From the NCBI GenBank assembly GCA_951406725.2, contig OX597815.1, positions 16,926,001 through 16,990,000 on the forward strand: a DNA stretch of 64,000 nt, given 5' to 3'. The stretch is from Octopus vulgaris (Eukaryota). Every line of letters starts with the position of its first letter. Positions within the stretch are counted from its first letter, which is position 1. This document shows, piece by piece, positions 1 to 11,652 of this stretch. A program made the translations under genes and the position numbers. The notes beneath the pieces were generated by a model. That model was given only the letters and a program-made list of their open reading frames with translations, was not told where the DNA came from and ran no database searches.

Positions 1-236
1 GTTAAAAACAACAACAGGAATAACAGCAGCAACAACAGCCGTTCAAGAATTTGGACCTCCTGGAGATCTCCATTTCCAGAGACTTCGAGGGCCACCTCCC
101 AGTGGTGTCGGGCGTCAACGAAGAGCCCTCGACTACAACAAGACAACCAAAGCTTTTTTTTTTTACCAAGGTCTGGGGTCTCACGCCCCTAAGCCCTAGA
201 CCATCACCTAATCACCCTTACCCGTCTTGTTGCTTA

Positions 237-310
237 ACAACAACAACAACAACAACAACAATAACAACAGCAGCAGCAGCAGCAACAACAGTAATAACAA
301 TAGCAACAAA
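237..310. repeat. (CAA/CAG)n microsatellite
   Basis: Direct read: aacaacaac...cagcagcagcaacaac. Confidence 0.9.
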
Positions 311-794
311 AATACATATGTTTATAACCCCCACCCACCGCGATTTAGATACACACCCAATTACAGCTATGTTATACTGGAGAAAGCTTCTTATTAATTA
401 GGTATGTAACAATTAATAAAAGGAAGCAATTATTAAAGGCTTCCCCGACAGGAAATTTTTTTATAAATTTATATACCAATCAATTTCCTATGATTTCGAT
501 TTCTGAAGGTTATTGAATATTTGAAGTACAAATTTTTCACAAATTTAAATATTCGTTGCATTCACGTTAATACATAATATTAATTCGTTGCAGGCGAATT
601 TCCCGTTTTGCAACAGTCCCTCACTCTCTCCCCCCTCTATTTTCATTAATGATAATTCATTAATGTTTCCATTTCAAGTTTTAATTCGCTATTTGAAAAA
701 CTCACAGTTTATTCTATAGAGGTAATGTAAAAACATTATTTATTGAATGAAAGAAATGCTATTAGCCAAAACAGCTGAATAAATTTGAGGCTTA

Positions 795-1177
795 TCTCTC
801 TCTATATAAACGGCAGTTAGTCTGTGTGTGTGTCTGTGTGTCTGTTAGGTTGTACCCTCACCCTGACCACGGCTTTCAACCGAATCTGATGAAACTTGAT
901 ACACACATAGCCCAATGTCATAATTCAAAACTAACGCAGCGAAAATTTTGAAAAGTTCCCCCAGTTCTGAAAAAAATCGATAAATTCGACATGGGGTCGA
1001 GAATCAGAAACACAAACCACAGACTGTCTAGGGGACGCAACTCGACCTTTTTAACTAAAAAAAAAATTACCATAATTTTTTTTCCATTTTTTTGCTATTT
1101 TTTGGGCTATAACTCTCTAAAAATGCTTTATAGTTATTTCCCTTACAAACCCGAGCAACGCCGGGTGATACTGCTAG
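795..1177 (+). mobile_element. Non-autonomous Helitron (about 380 bp), copy 1
   Basis: Starts TC after A(794) and ends CTAG (1174-1177) before T. Subterminal hairpin CCCGAGCAACGCCGGG at 1150-1165. No TSD. Near-identical inverted copy at 57565-57920. Confidence 0.85.
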
Positions 1178-1704
1178 TTTTCGATAAAATGAAAAAAATT
1201 TTATATACCGGTATAATTAAAAACAAAAAAAATGATTGGTAAAATTAAGTGATTTTGTTGGTATGGCTGTTTGGAATGCTATAAGCCTTACTGTAATAAC
1301 TATGTGATCGCTGCTATTTCTAGCATTCTAAACCTTGAAGCTTGTTAAAATTACTGAGATATTACAATCACAAAAAAATTATTGCAAGATATATTTACTA
1401 AGCAAGTGAGATTTTTTCTATAAATTGAAGTTTTAGGAATATTTACTTTCTGAACTTCCTTTTATTATTGAGTTTCAAGTTCACAAATTTGAATATTCGG
1501 TACAAGTTTTTAACGAGCTTTTATTTATATGATTTTTTCATTTCATGTTTAGTTCATTCTTTTTTTGCAATGTTCTCTCCCCCTCTCTCCTCCACACTGT
1601 CTCTCGAATATAAACACATACACATACAGGCACACACACGCACACATACACACATACACACACAGACACACACACACACACACACACACTCCAGGTTTGA
1701 CGAA

Positions 1705-1739
1705 CAGAAAACCGCCCCTTCGGGCGGTCTTTCTGCTAG
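1705..1739 (+). mobile_element. Helitron-like 3' terminus (hairpin + CTAG) of a second family; 5' end not located
   Basis: cagaaaACCGCCC-cttc-GGGCGGTctttctg followed by CTAG|T, downstream of a (CT)/(CA) microsatellite. Confidence 0.55.
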
Positions 1740-1771
1740 TATACATAGTGGCACTACTATGCTATGTGCAC

Positions 1772-2086
1772 GTGGAAGCACTCCGTCGGTTACGACGACG
1801 AGGGTTCCGGTTGATCTGATCAACGGAACAGCCTGCTCGTGAAATTAACGTGTAAGTGGCTGAGCACTCCACAGACACCTGTACCATTAACGCAGTTCTC
1901 GGGGATATTCAGCGTGACACAGAGAGTGACAAGGCCGGCCCCTTGAAATACAGGTACAACAGAAACAGGAAGTAAGAGTGAGAGAAAGTTGTGGTGAAAG
2001 AGTACAGCAGGGATCACCACCATCCCTGCCGGAGCCTCGTGGAGCTTTAGGTGTTTTCGCTCAATAAACACTCACAACGCCTCCAC
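1772..2086 (-). mobile_element. tRNA-derived SINE with the tRNA region deleted
   Basis: 1961-2080 aligns with the body of the SINE at 20311-20435. The 5' GTGGAGGCG is joined directly to TTGTG. The 3' tail differs from the 20130 copy. Confidence 0.75.
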
Positions 2087-2485
2087 AGGTATTAGGTAGA
2101 AGACAATACAACCCTCTACGCAGGAAAAAAGAACAACACAGCACAACAAATGACATATCGCACTAGACCAGTACAAGCTTGTAGAACGAGAGAAGAGGGT
2201 CTGGCTGCACAGGTCATAACCACTTAAACATTATTAATCGGGCAGGTTTTTCAGTAAAGAAACCAGCACCAACATCATTACACTTATTTCATAGGTCCAG
2301 TGGCGATATGGAAAGGGGTGACGGGGGACAGTTAGAGGATGTTACAGGAAGTCTTTATCTTTGATCCTGCACACAAGTGAACTTAAGGTGACGTTCCTAT
2401 TACACAGGTCCGGGGGCAGATGTGGACTGTGTTTACTGTGTCTTGTTGAGGCGTCGACAGCAGTCCACCAAATATTATTGATAAC

Positions 2486-2510
2486 AGTAGTAGTAGTAGT
2501 AGTAGTAGTT

Positions 2511-2543
<33 letters not shown>

Positions 2544-2557
2544 TAGTAGTTGTAATT

Positions 2558-2589
<32 letters not shown>
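2486..2589. repeat. (TAG)n microsatellite
   Basis: Direct read. Confidence 0.95.
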
Positions 2590-3233
2590 CATGTTGCGTT
2601 GCGGAAATTGGATCTTCGGAGGCTATGTTGTCACACCCGAAGCAATGCTGTTTGTCAATTTTGTAGTCTTCCCGTGCATAAAAATATTCCCGAAGCTTGA
2701 AGGTGATTAGTTAGCAATAATTGTTTTCAGAGAAACTATAAAGGCATAGTTTGTGGGGGGAATGTGGATCGTCCGAATTAATTAGAACCGTAAAATAAGT
2801 TTCGGTCATACTTTGAGATCGATCACATTCCATTGATTTTTTTGAAAATCACTTTTACAGAATAAAATTTATAATATTACGAAAAAAAACCCAGAACATC
2901 CCAAAACGAGCTTAATTAAAAAGAAACAAGACAGGTTATGGTCATGTTGAGGGAGTAAAAGAAAATCCATTTAAAACCGATGAAACAATTAATAAAAAAT
3001 AAATGAAGCAACTGTAATTAGTTAAAATTTTTTCTTAGAGCTCATTTTTGCTCTCCCACATTTCACACTGCTGTCATTCATTTCATTCGACTTGAAAGAT
3101 GGCCAAGGATTTTCGAAGAAGGCAGAAAATAAAATATTATCAAGTTTATGTGAATCTTGAAAAATGGTAGTATAGATAAAAAAAAGTTCACTTCGCAACG
3201 ACGTGGTTTCAATTTCCATCTGACTGTGTGACA

Positions 3234-3480
3234 TTTTGGGTGTTTTCTTTCTCAGCTTCGGGTCGATTGGCGGCATTCGTGGACGGAGACTGTATTGAAG
3301 CCCATCGGAAGTAGAACTCATCTGTCATCCGGTTTAACACAATCACATGGCTTTTGGGTGTCTGCTTTCTCAGCTTCGGGTCGATTGGCGGCATTCGTGG
3401 ATAAAGACTGTATTGAAGCCCGTCGGAAGTAGAACTCATCTGTCGTCCGGGTTAACGCCATCACGTGGCCTTTGGGTGTT
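3234..3480. repeat. Tandem duplication, 118-bp unit x2 plus start of a third
   Basis: ttttgggtg...ctttctcagcttcgggtcgattggcggcattcgtgga...gaagtagaactcatctgtc recurs with a 118-bp offset (matching ORF starts at 3321 and 3439). Confidence 0.9.
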
Positions 3481-5261
3481 TTTTATTGTAAATATTAGGA
3501 ACAAGTTTTCTGGTCTCAGGACAACTTCATATTTTCTCCCAGCAGTCTCAGATTCTGAAAGGAGTCATGAACACTGCTCTTCTTCCTTCTGCGATTAAAC
3601 CGGTTTTACATGGCATAAACTGAAGAAAAAAATTCAAGAAGGAGCCTCTAGGTGGTCTCTCGTAATGCTAGATGTAGCAATTATATCCCTTTTAAATCGT
3701 CGTCTACAATCTTTTAAAAATGTCGTATACACAGGATCATGTAATCCTAGATGTACTATGCCTGGAAAATAAGATTGTATGGTTATATGAAGAAGACCTT
3801 TGATTATAGTTCTCATTGATGGATGAAATGGTGTAATTAAAAAAAAAAACAAGAACCTGTTTACTGACTTAATACGTCGATTTCTTAACTCGTTTTTGTC
3901 TGCTGATCGCCAGAAGCAACCACAAGACAAAGAGATAGTGAACCAAGCGAGAGATACGTGGCTAATCAGTCTGCTAGAAATAACAGCCAATATTCTTTCA
4001 AATATCATTCTATGATTTTAGAAATAAAATGACTGCCCCTAAAATGATAAGGCGTTCACAGCTAAAATGTGGTTCGCCATAGGGTTGCTAAATAACGGGG
4101 ACAACAACGACGACGACAACAACAACAACATAGAACAACATAGAACAATATACCTGTTATATTTATCCCGAACAAAGCATTGTTCGGAGGTGATGTCTCT
4201 CGTTGCTGTTCGGATGACAAGTTCTTTTTCATAGCGAGTCCATTGAGAAATGCCAAAAGGATTAGTGGGAATGCAGTTTAAAAGCATTTTTCATACTTCC
4301 TTCCCCATAACCAATCCTAAGAAGAAAAAAGGAAGACGAAGGAAAATGAATGGGGGAAAAGAACAGAAAAAAATAGCTCTACTACTTGACTGGTTCTTTA
4401 TTGTTGTGATGAGAGTCACGGCACTCCCTTGCAAGAAATACAGTGGTCGGAGTGAGGTTTGTGTGTTATAGTTCGAGTGGAGTTCTCAGTGAAGTCGGAA
4501 GGCATCGGTTGGTTAGTTCGTTTGGAATATTGATTGTTGGTTCGTGAAGAGATTGTTGGATCGTTACGTTGTTGTTACGGCAGCATTCTTATCTTGTTTA
4601 CTGTTATTATACTGGTACAATGTATCTAAACCATCCGTCACAATTGGCGGTACCTCGACATTGGAGTCGGAGGATACAACATTTATCGATCACGAAGAGA
4701 AGAAAGTCAATGTTGACTTCAGAAATCAGAGCGCAGAGATACGGAGCAAATATCACATGGCGTTCTGCTCAATGTTGTAATGACTCTACCACTTTATCGC
4801 TTGTTGCCGATGCTTAGCACCAGGCCAAATTTCATGGTGCAGATTTAATAGTAAAAGCATCCCAATCGTGACCCTCCTGTCTTTTTGAGCCTGTTGTCCA
4901 TTGTATCCATTTTATTGAAGACGGAGGGTGTGATTTAAGGGACTTATTCGAGCGAATCGAACAACTGAAAAGAGATTTTCTCGTTGACTCGTGTAACCCA
5001 ACTGACACAAAATGTACGACTGACACGATGTAATTCAAAGGATAATAAAATCGATTTTGATATATATGCACAGGTTAACAAGTTTTGCGCAAGAAGCATA
5101 GTCGGAAATAGTAATCCAGTATTTTATCAATGTCGAAAAGAAGTCTACCCACAGAAATTTGAACTCAGGACATAAAGAAACATAACTAAACACTACTGCA
5201 AGACATTTTCTTAATTTTTCTGTTGATTTAGAGGAAACCTGTTCTTGTTTAGGGGAAACTG

Positions 5262-5610
5262 TTCTTGCTTAGCCCGATCGAGCAGACCTCTGATCGATGG
5301 CGTTCCAACCAGGATCATCTCGTCTTTTTAAGCGTATACAAGAATGTGTCTTCTCTTTTTAAAAGGTTAGGGTGTGATTTGAGGGAGACTTGGTTGCTGT
5401 TTCTTGCAGGTTATTACTTTTTATCCAGAGGTAAGCAGAGATAAAACAATCCTATTATTAACAGCGTTCCAACAAAAACCATCCTGTTTTTTTAAGTATA
5501 TCTAGGAATACACTATTCAAGGGTTCTTTTTACCAAAAGAGTAGGATGTGACTTGAGGGAGATTTGGTTGTCATTTCTTACTAGTTGAGTAAGAACGCGA
5601 AAGCTTCCTC
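5262..5610 (+). mobile_element. Old dispersed repeat family (SINE-like tail), two tandem degenerate units
   Basis: Motifs gatcgagcagacct-tgatc-aaggcgttccaacc and agggtgtgatttgagggagatttggttgctatttct. Related copies near 3940, 16380, 19660-20040, 21950, 23550, 35110, 35960 and 53750. Confidence 0.55.
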
Positions 5611-6122
5611 TGTGGATTGTATTCAAGTAGTTAAAAATATACATGGACAACAGGGTTGACAAATAGAAATATGAATTTTTCTTTTAAATATTGTGGTCGT
5701 GGGTTGGAGTTCAGTTGACGTGAATTCAGTGAATTACGTCTTAGAAAACAATAGCATCGGGGATATTTTTTTAAATAATTCTATCTACGGAAATTAATAG
5801 TGAAGTATCTCACAATGTGATATGATTGGTAAATATCTAAACAACATGTATGTATGTATGTATGATACATTTCTAATAAAATGTGCATTAAATATAGAAA
5901 CAGCAAAATGAGAACATTCAGTGAAAATTGTAATTAAGTACGAAGCAAAACGAAATAGGATAAAAGAAGGAAATTGAAAATGGCCCATAAAGAAATGCAG
6001 CATTGTATTTAGATTAGTGCAACGATATATACGTCGTTAGAGAAATGGGAAAAGCAATGCTATTGACTTAGTTTATGTTTATCTTCCAATACTCATCAAC
6101 TCATTATAAAACGTTCTTTGTC

Positions 6123-6212
6123 TATGTATGTATGTATGTATGTATGTATGTATGTATGTATGTATGTATGTATGTATGTATGTATGTATGTATGTATGTA
6201 TGTATGTATGTA

Positions 6213-6243
<31 letters not shown>

Positions 6244-6872
6244 ATGTATGTATTTATGTATGTATTAATGTATGTAGGTATGTATGTATGTATGTATGTA
6301 TGTATGTATGTATGTATGTATGCATGCATACATGTATGTATGTATGTATGTATGTATGTATGCATGTATGTATGTATGTATGTATGTATGTATTTATGTA
6401 TGTATGTATGTATGTATGTATGTATGTATGTATGTATGTATGTATGTATGTATTTATGTATGTATGTATGTATGTATGTATGTATGTATGTATGTATGTA
6501 TGTGTGTGTGTATGTATGTATGCATGTATGTATGTATGTATGTATGTATGTATGTATGCATGTATGTATGTATGTATTTATGTATGTATGTATGTATGTA
6601 TGTATGTATGTATGTATGTATGTATGTATGTATGTATGTATGTATGTATGTATGTATGTATGTATGTATGCATGCATGCATGTATGTATGTATGTATGCA
6701 TGCATGCATGTATGTATGTATGCATGCATGTATGTATTTATGTATGCATGTATGTATGTATGTATGCATGTATGTATGTACGTATGTACGTATGTATGTA
6801 CGTATGTATGTGTGTATGTACGTATGTATGTATGTATGTACGTATGTACGTATGTATGTACGTATGTATGTA
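6123..6872. repeat. About 750-bp (TATG)n array with TGCA/TACG variants
   Basis: Direct read; source of the MYVC/HTYI pseudo-ORFs. Confidence 0.95.
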
Positions 6873-7003
6873 TTACTCCTTCTCTCTTTCTCTATCTCTA
6901 CCCCCACCCGATTTTTAACTTTAGATATATGTCTGTGCGTGTGTGTGAAGATTTTTCATTGTATGAATGCGTTTCTCCACTTTGTATCTTAGTGTATATA
7001 TTC

Positions 7004-7054
<51 letters not shown>

Positions 7055-8572
7055 CATACATACATATGCACACGTATGTATGTTCGCGCATTGATTGTAA
7101 CCAAACATTACGTGGGCATTGTATACATCAACACACGGACAGACAGATACACGTATAATCACAACTAAAAATTAAAATTTTTGTTTTCCATGTAACGGAC
7201 AGTTGTTGGATTTCCTTTCATTACTTAATCTACATTTATTATGGATGGAAGCATACTTCAGAAATTTCTGCACTCCATCGTTAATAGCCGATGTGGCATC
7301 TGTAAATAATATGGCCATTTATTTCAAATTGCATAGATTTCGTTTCGAACTCTTGCCATGGAAGTCATGGGCGCTTCGAATGTAATTCTGTATTTAGATC
7401 ACACTGTATGAGAAGAGAATTAACAGTTTGAATGATTAAGAGAAACAGCAATTTGAACGATAAATTCTGTAGACTTAAAAAAAAAAATCTCTGTAGTTTT
7501 AATTATTCCTGGAATTTGTTTCCGATTCTGTTCAAAGTCTATATAGCTAAATAACAACAACGACAACTTGAAATATTATTTTGTATTTGATGGCAGGTTT
7601 AGTCTGTTTTTGTCATTCGGTTTATACATAGAATAGACAGAAATACACTTCCCACTGTAGATAACCGGTTGACAGAGTTGCTTCTGACCCGTTTTCGTTT
7701 TCCTTTGATGATTTTAACTATAGACATTGGTATGCTAATCGAAGCAGATATCTACTAGAAACTACAAGCATAACTATGTGCTAAGAATATATGTGACAAA
7801 GGGAAAAAAATATATGACGAAAAACACTCAGTAAGTGTAGTAAGCCGAAACAAATATCGTAACGCACTTGGATGTCCTAACGACTCTAGCAGTTAACCGC
7901 CAGAAATATGTATGTCAGTTGGTGCCTAGCGCGGCATAACACATCTGCTGTCTATGCAACATCTAGTCACCTTGCATTTGTTTGTTACTAATATATAGTT
8001 GTAAGCACTCTAAAAACAAGTTTTGTACGATATTTGTAAGATATAGTAAAACAGTGATTGAAAAACCAGTGCTGTCGCAGTTAACTGGCAGGTTGAATAA
8101 AAAATCGTACACATGGGAGAATGACAGTCTCATTTGAAACCTTCAGTGTTTGTACTGTTGGTCATCTCGTCTATTTTTGATTATTGCCTTTTTAATTGTC
8201 CAAATATTAGAAAATGGCTTCTGTGTCGAACAGGCGTTTATCATTACTTAGTTTGATGTGCAGGTACTTCATGCACCTTTTTATTCCAAGACTTGGGTTT
8301 CTTATAACAACAAACAGATGTCGGAATTTTGATTATCTACGTCTGAAACAATGAGGTACTTCTGCTTCGTAGTTTTCTTACTCTTGAGGGATAACCTGGA
8401 TGCAGAAAAAGCGGAGCGTTTGCTGCTCTCTGGTCGTTCGTGAGCCTGAGCCGTTCACTAATGTACCTGTAAATGTCTTGGAGCTGTAGTCTCAATCTTG
8501 CGATAGTGTGGTATGCTTTCATCAACATAGGGACTCAACAGTAATTTAAGCGCAAGACTAGACTACCATCAA

Positions 8573-8679
8573 GTATGTGTATGTATGCATGTATGTATGT
8601 ATGTATGTATGTATGCATGTATGTGTGTGTGTATGTATGTATGTATGTATGTATGTATGTATGTATGTATGTATGCGTG

Positions 8680-8713
<34 letters not shown>

Positions 8714-9020
8714 TGTATGTATGTATGTATGTATGTATGTATGTATGTATGCATGTATGTATGTATGTATGTATGTATGCATGTATGTATGTATGTATGT
8801 ATGTATGTATGTATGTATGTATTTATGTATGTATGTATGTATGTATGTATGTATGTATGTATGCATGTATGTATGCATGTATGTATGTATGTATGTATGT
8901 ATGTATGAATGTATGTATGTATGTATGTATGTATGTATGCATGTATGTATGTATGTATGTATGTATGTATGTATGTATGTATGTATGTATGTATGTATGT
9001 ATGTATGTATGTATGTATGT
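8573..9020. repeat. (TATG)n array, left flank of the RTE insertion
   Basis: Direct read. Confidence 0.95.
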
Positions 9021-9605
9021 AGAGGTATAGGACTTGCTGGAGGCTTCCTTAAGAGATGCTTGCATCTCTCCTGACACATGGGAAGGCATAGCTATTGATC
9101 GTAGCAGGTGGAGAAAGATTTGTGCACGAGGGGACAGCCACTTTTGAGAAATCTCGAGTTGCACATGAGAAAGTAAGGAGGGATGTCAGGAAAGGCATCA
9201 CTGTTACACTTCCAGATGGGAAGGGTCTTCCTACGATGCTGACATGCAGTGTCTGTGCAAGACCCTGCCTTAGTAAAGCTGGACTCAAGCGTCATCTTCG
9301 TAGTCATAAAGCGAGACAGATGAGTGACAACCTGGCCACTGGTGGTGATATTACACACCATACTAATCATATCTGTCAGACATGTGGAAGAGAGTGTAAT
9401 TTGGCAGGAGGACTTAAACGACATGCAAAGGTACATGAAGCCCAGTTACAACTACAGCCGGCTATTACCGGTAAAGGTATTAGTTGCCAATTCTGTACAA
9501 GACATTGTAGATCTTTAGCTGGGCTAAAAAGTCACATTCGATCACAGCACCAATAACAGTTGAGCTTCGTGCAATGGCCATACTCGATAACGAGTGGGCA
9601 GCCAT
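9021..9605 (+). mobile_element. 5'-truncated RTE-clade LINE 3' end encoding three C2H2 zinc fingers, copy 1
   Basis: ASLRDACISPDTWEGIAIDRSRWR then (frameshift near 9119) VHEGTATFEKSR...RRDVRK, the typical RTE ORF C-terminus. Fingers CSVC-x12-HLRSH, CQTC-x12-HAKVH, CQFC-x12-HIRSQH. Stop at 9556; 3' UTR hairpin ctcg-ataa-cgag; (ATGT)n tail. Confidence 0.85.
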
Positions 9606-9606
9606 A

Positions 9607-9639
<33 letters not shown>

Positions 9640-9689
9640 TGTATGTATGTATGTATGTATGTATTTATGTATGTGTGTATGCATATATG

Positions 9690-9763
9690 TATGTATACAT
9701 GTTTGCTTCTGTGTATGTACACACACCCACACACCTACACACATACATATATATGTATATGTA

Positions 9764-9803
<40 letters not shown>

Positions 9804-9866
9804 CTTAGCAATATTTAGCAATATTTAGTAATATATATATATATATAAATTACTAAATATTGCTAA

Positions 9867-9933
<67 letters not shown>

Positions 9934-10007
9934 TACATATACATATATATGTATTTGTATAGGTGTGTGAGTGTGTGTACATACACAGAAGCATACATAT
10001 ATACATA
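9690..10007. repeat. Inverted duplication (about 145-160-bp arms) centred on (TA)n near 9838
   Basis: gcttctgtgtatgtacacaca...(CT)n(TA)n cttagcaatatttag is mirrored by ctaaatattgctaag (TA)n(GA)n...tgtgtgtacatacacagaagc. Confidence 0.9.
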
Positions 10008-10356
10008 TTTTGTAATATATATATATATATATATATATATGTTACTAAATATTACTAAGTAGTATTACTTAGTATTACAAAATATGAAGAATTGCAACTA
10101 TTAAGATTTGTTGCAACACAGAAAGAACACGAAATAAATACGAAGTATATTCTAAATAAAATAATGTCAGCTGCCTCAAAGGCAATGCGATGGAATGATA
10201 CTTAATTATGGTGACTTTGGCAGCAACAGCATTGTCGCGATTTGCAGCTGCTCTGCAATTCTTTCTGAAATACTACATTCTATGTAAAGGTTGTTAAATC
10301 AACTACACCGATAAAAGAAGTAGTCTCTGTTAAAATATAAAATGCAGAAAATAGCC

Positions 10357-10605
10357 ACACGCCCAAGCAGCAACAACAACAACAACAACAACAACAGCAA
10401 CAACAACAACACGCCCCAGCAGCAACAACAACAACAACAACAACAAACAACAACAACAACACGCCCCAGCAGCAGCAACAACAACAACAACAACAACAAC
10501 AACACGCCCCAGCAGCAGCAATAACAACAACAACAACAACAACAACACGCCCCAGCAGCAGCAACAACAACAACAACAACAACAACACGCCCCAGCAGCA
10601 GCAGC

Positions 10606-10655
<50 letters not shown>

Positions 10656-10688
10656 GCAGCAACAACAACAACAACACGCCCCAGCAGC

Positions 10689-10742
<54 letters not shown>

Positions 10743-10758
10743 AACACGCCCCAGCAGC

Positions 10759-10792
<34 letters not shown>

Positions 10793-10807
10793 CGCCCCAG
10801 CAGCAGC

Positions 10808-10838
<31 letters not shown>

Positions 10839-10850
10839 CGCCCCAGCAGC

Positions 10851-10881
<31 letters not shown>

Positions 10882-10921
10882 CGCCCCAGCAGCAACAACA
10901 ACAACAACACGCCCCAGCAGC

Positions 10922-10952
<31 letters not shown>

Positions 10953-11007
10953 CGCCCCAGCAGCAGCAACAACAACAACAAAAACAACAACAACACGCCC
11001 CAGCAGC

Positions 11008-11041
<34 letters not shown>

Positions 11042-11424
11042 CGCCCCAGCAGCAGCAACAACAACAACAAAAACAACAACAACAACACGCCCCAGCAGCA
11101 GCAACAACAACAACAACAACAACAACAACACGCCCCAGCAGCAGCAGCAACAACAACAACAACAACACGCCCCAGCAGCAGCAACAACAACAACAACAAC
11201 ACGCCCCAGCAGCAGCAACAACAACAACAAAAACAACAACAACAACACGCCCCAGCAGCAGCAACAACAACAACAACAACAACAACAACACGCCCCAGCA
11301 GCAACAACAACAACAACAACAACAACAACACGCCACAGCAGCAACAACAACAACAACAACAACAACAACAGCCCCAACACGCCCCAGCAGCAACAACAGC
11401 ATCACCACCACCACCACCACCACC
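10357..11424. repeat. About 1.05-kb compound minisatellite: [CACGCCC(CAG)2-4(CAA)n] units
   Basis: More than 25 repeats of acacgccccagcagc separated by variable CAA runs. Confidence 0.95.
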
Positions 11425-11652
11425 AATAGTAGACGGCAATTACAGTAACATGCATGCCTTAGTTCAATTTTTAAAAAAATTGCATCTCTTGCATTGTTCT
11501 TTACACAGCAATTTCAACGGAAATATAATTAATTAATTATTTTTTCTCTTAAAACATCTTTGTCTTACTGTTAATTTTTGTTTGTTCAGCGTGTGGAAAT
11601 TTTGATTATGAATTTCTTTTGCGGGGGCGTGCTTACTATATCCGTCACCATT

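Noticed and set aside
1705-1735. Rho-independent terminator-like hairpin
   Set aside because: Eukaryotic DNA; the hairpin followed by CTAG|T fits a Helitron 3' end better.
4340-4430. KKIALLLDWFFIVVM as the M4 helix of a Cys-loop (chemotactile-type) receptor
   Set aside because: Only a vague resemblance, no usable splice acceptor, and no other receptor segments in the window.
6075-7168. Long MYVC/HTYI ORFs (also at 8558-9079, 25488-26262, 33299-33661, 39036-39521, 45464-45913 and others)
   Set aside because: Translations of (TATG)n, (TA)n or (CA)n, which lack stop codons; no coding signal.
9095-9556. Host C2H2 zinc-finger transcription factor gene
   Set aside because: Preceded by RTE C-terminal motifs, no TGEKP linkers, retroelement 3' UTR and tail, and a second truncated copy at 32812.
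10280-11439. Three 366-375 aa ORFs on minus; also a superficially CRISPR-like repeat/spacer layout
   Set aside because: All frames are open because the sequence is low complexity; the spacers are just CAA runs; no cas genes and a eukaryotic context.
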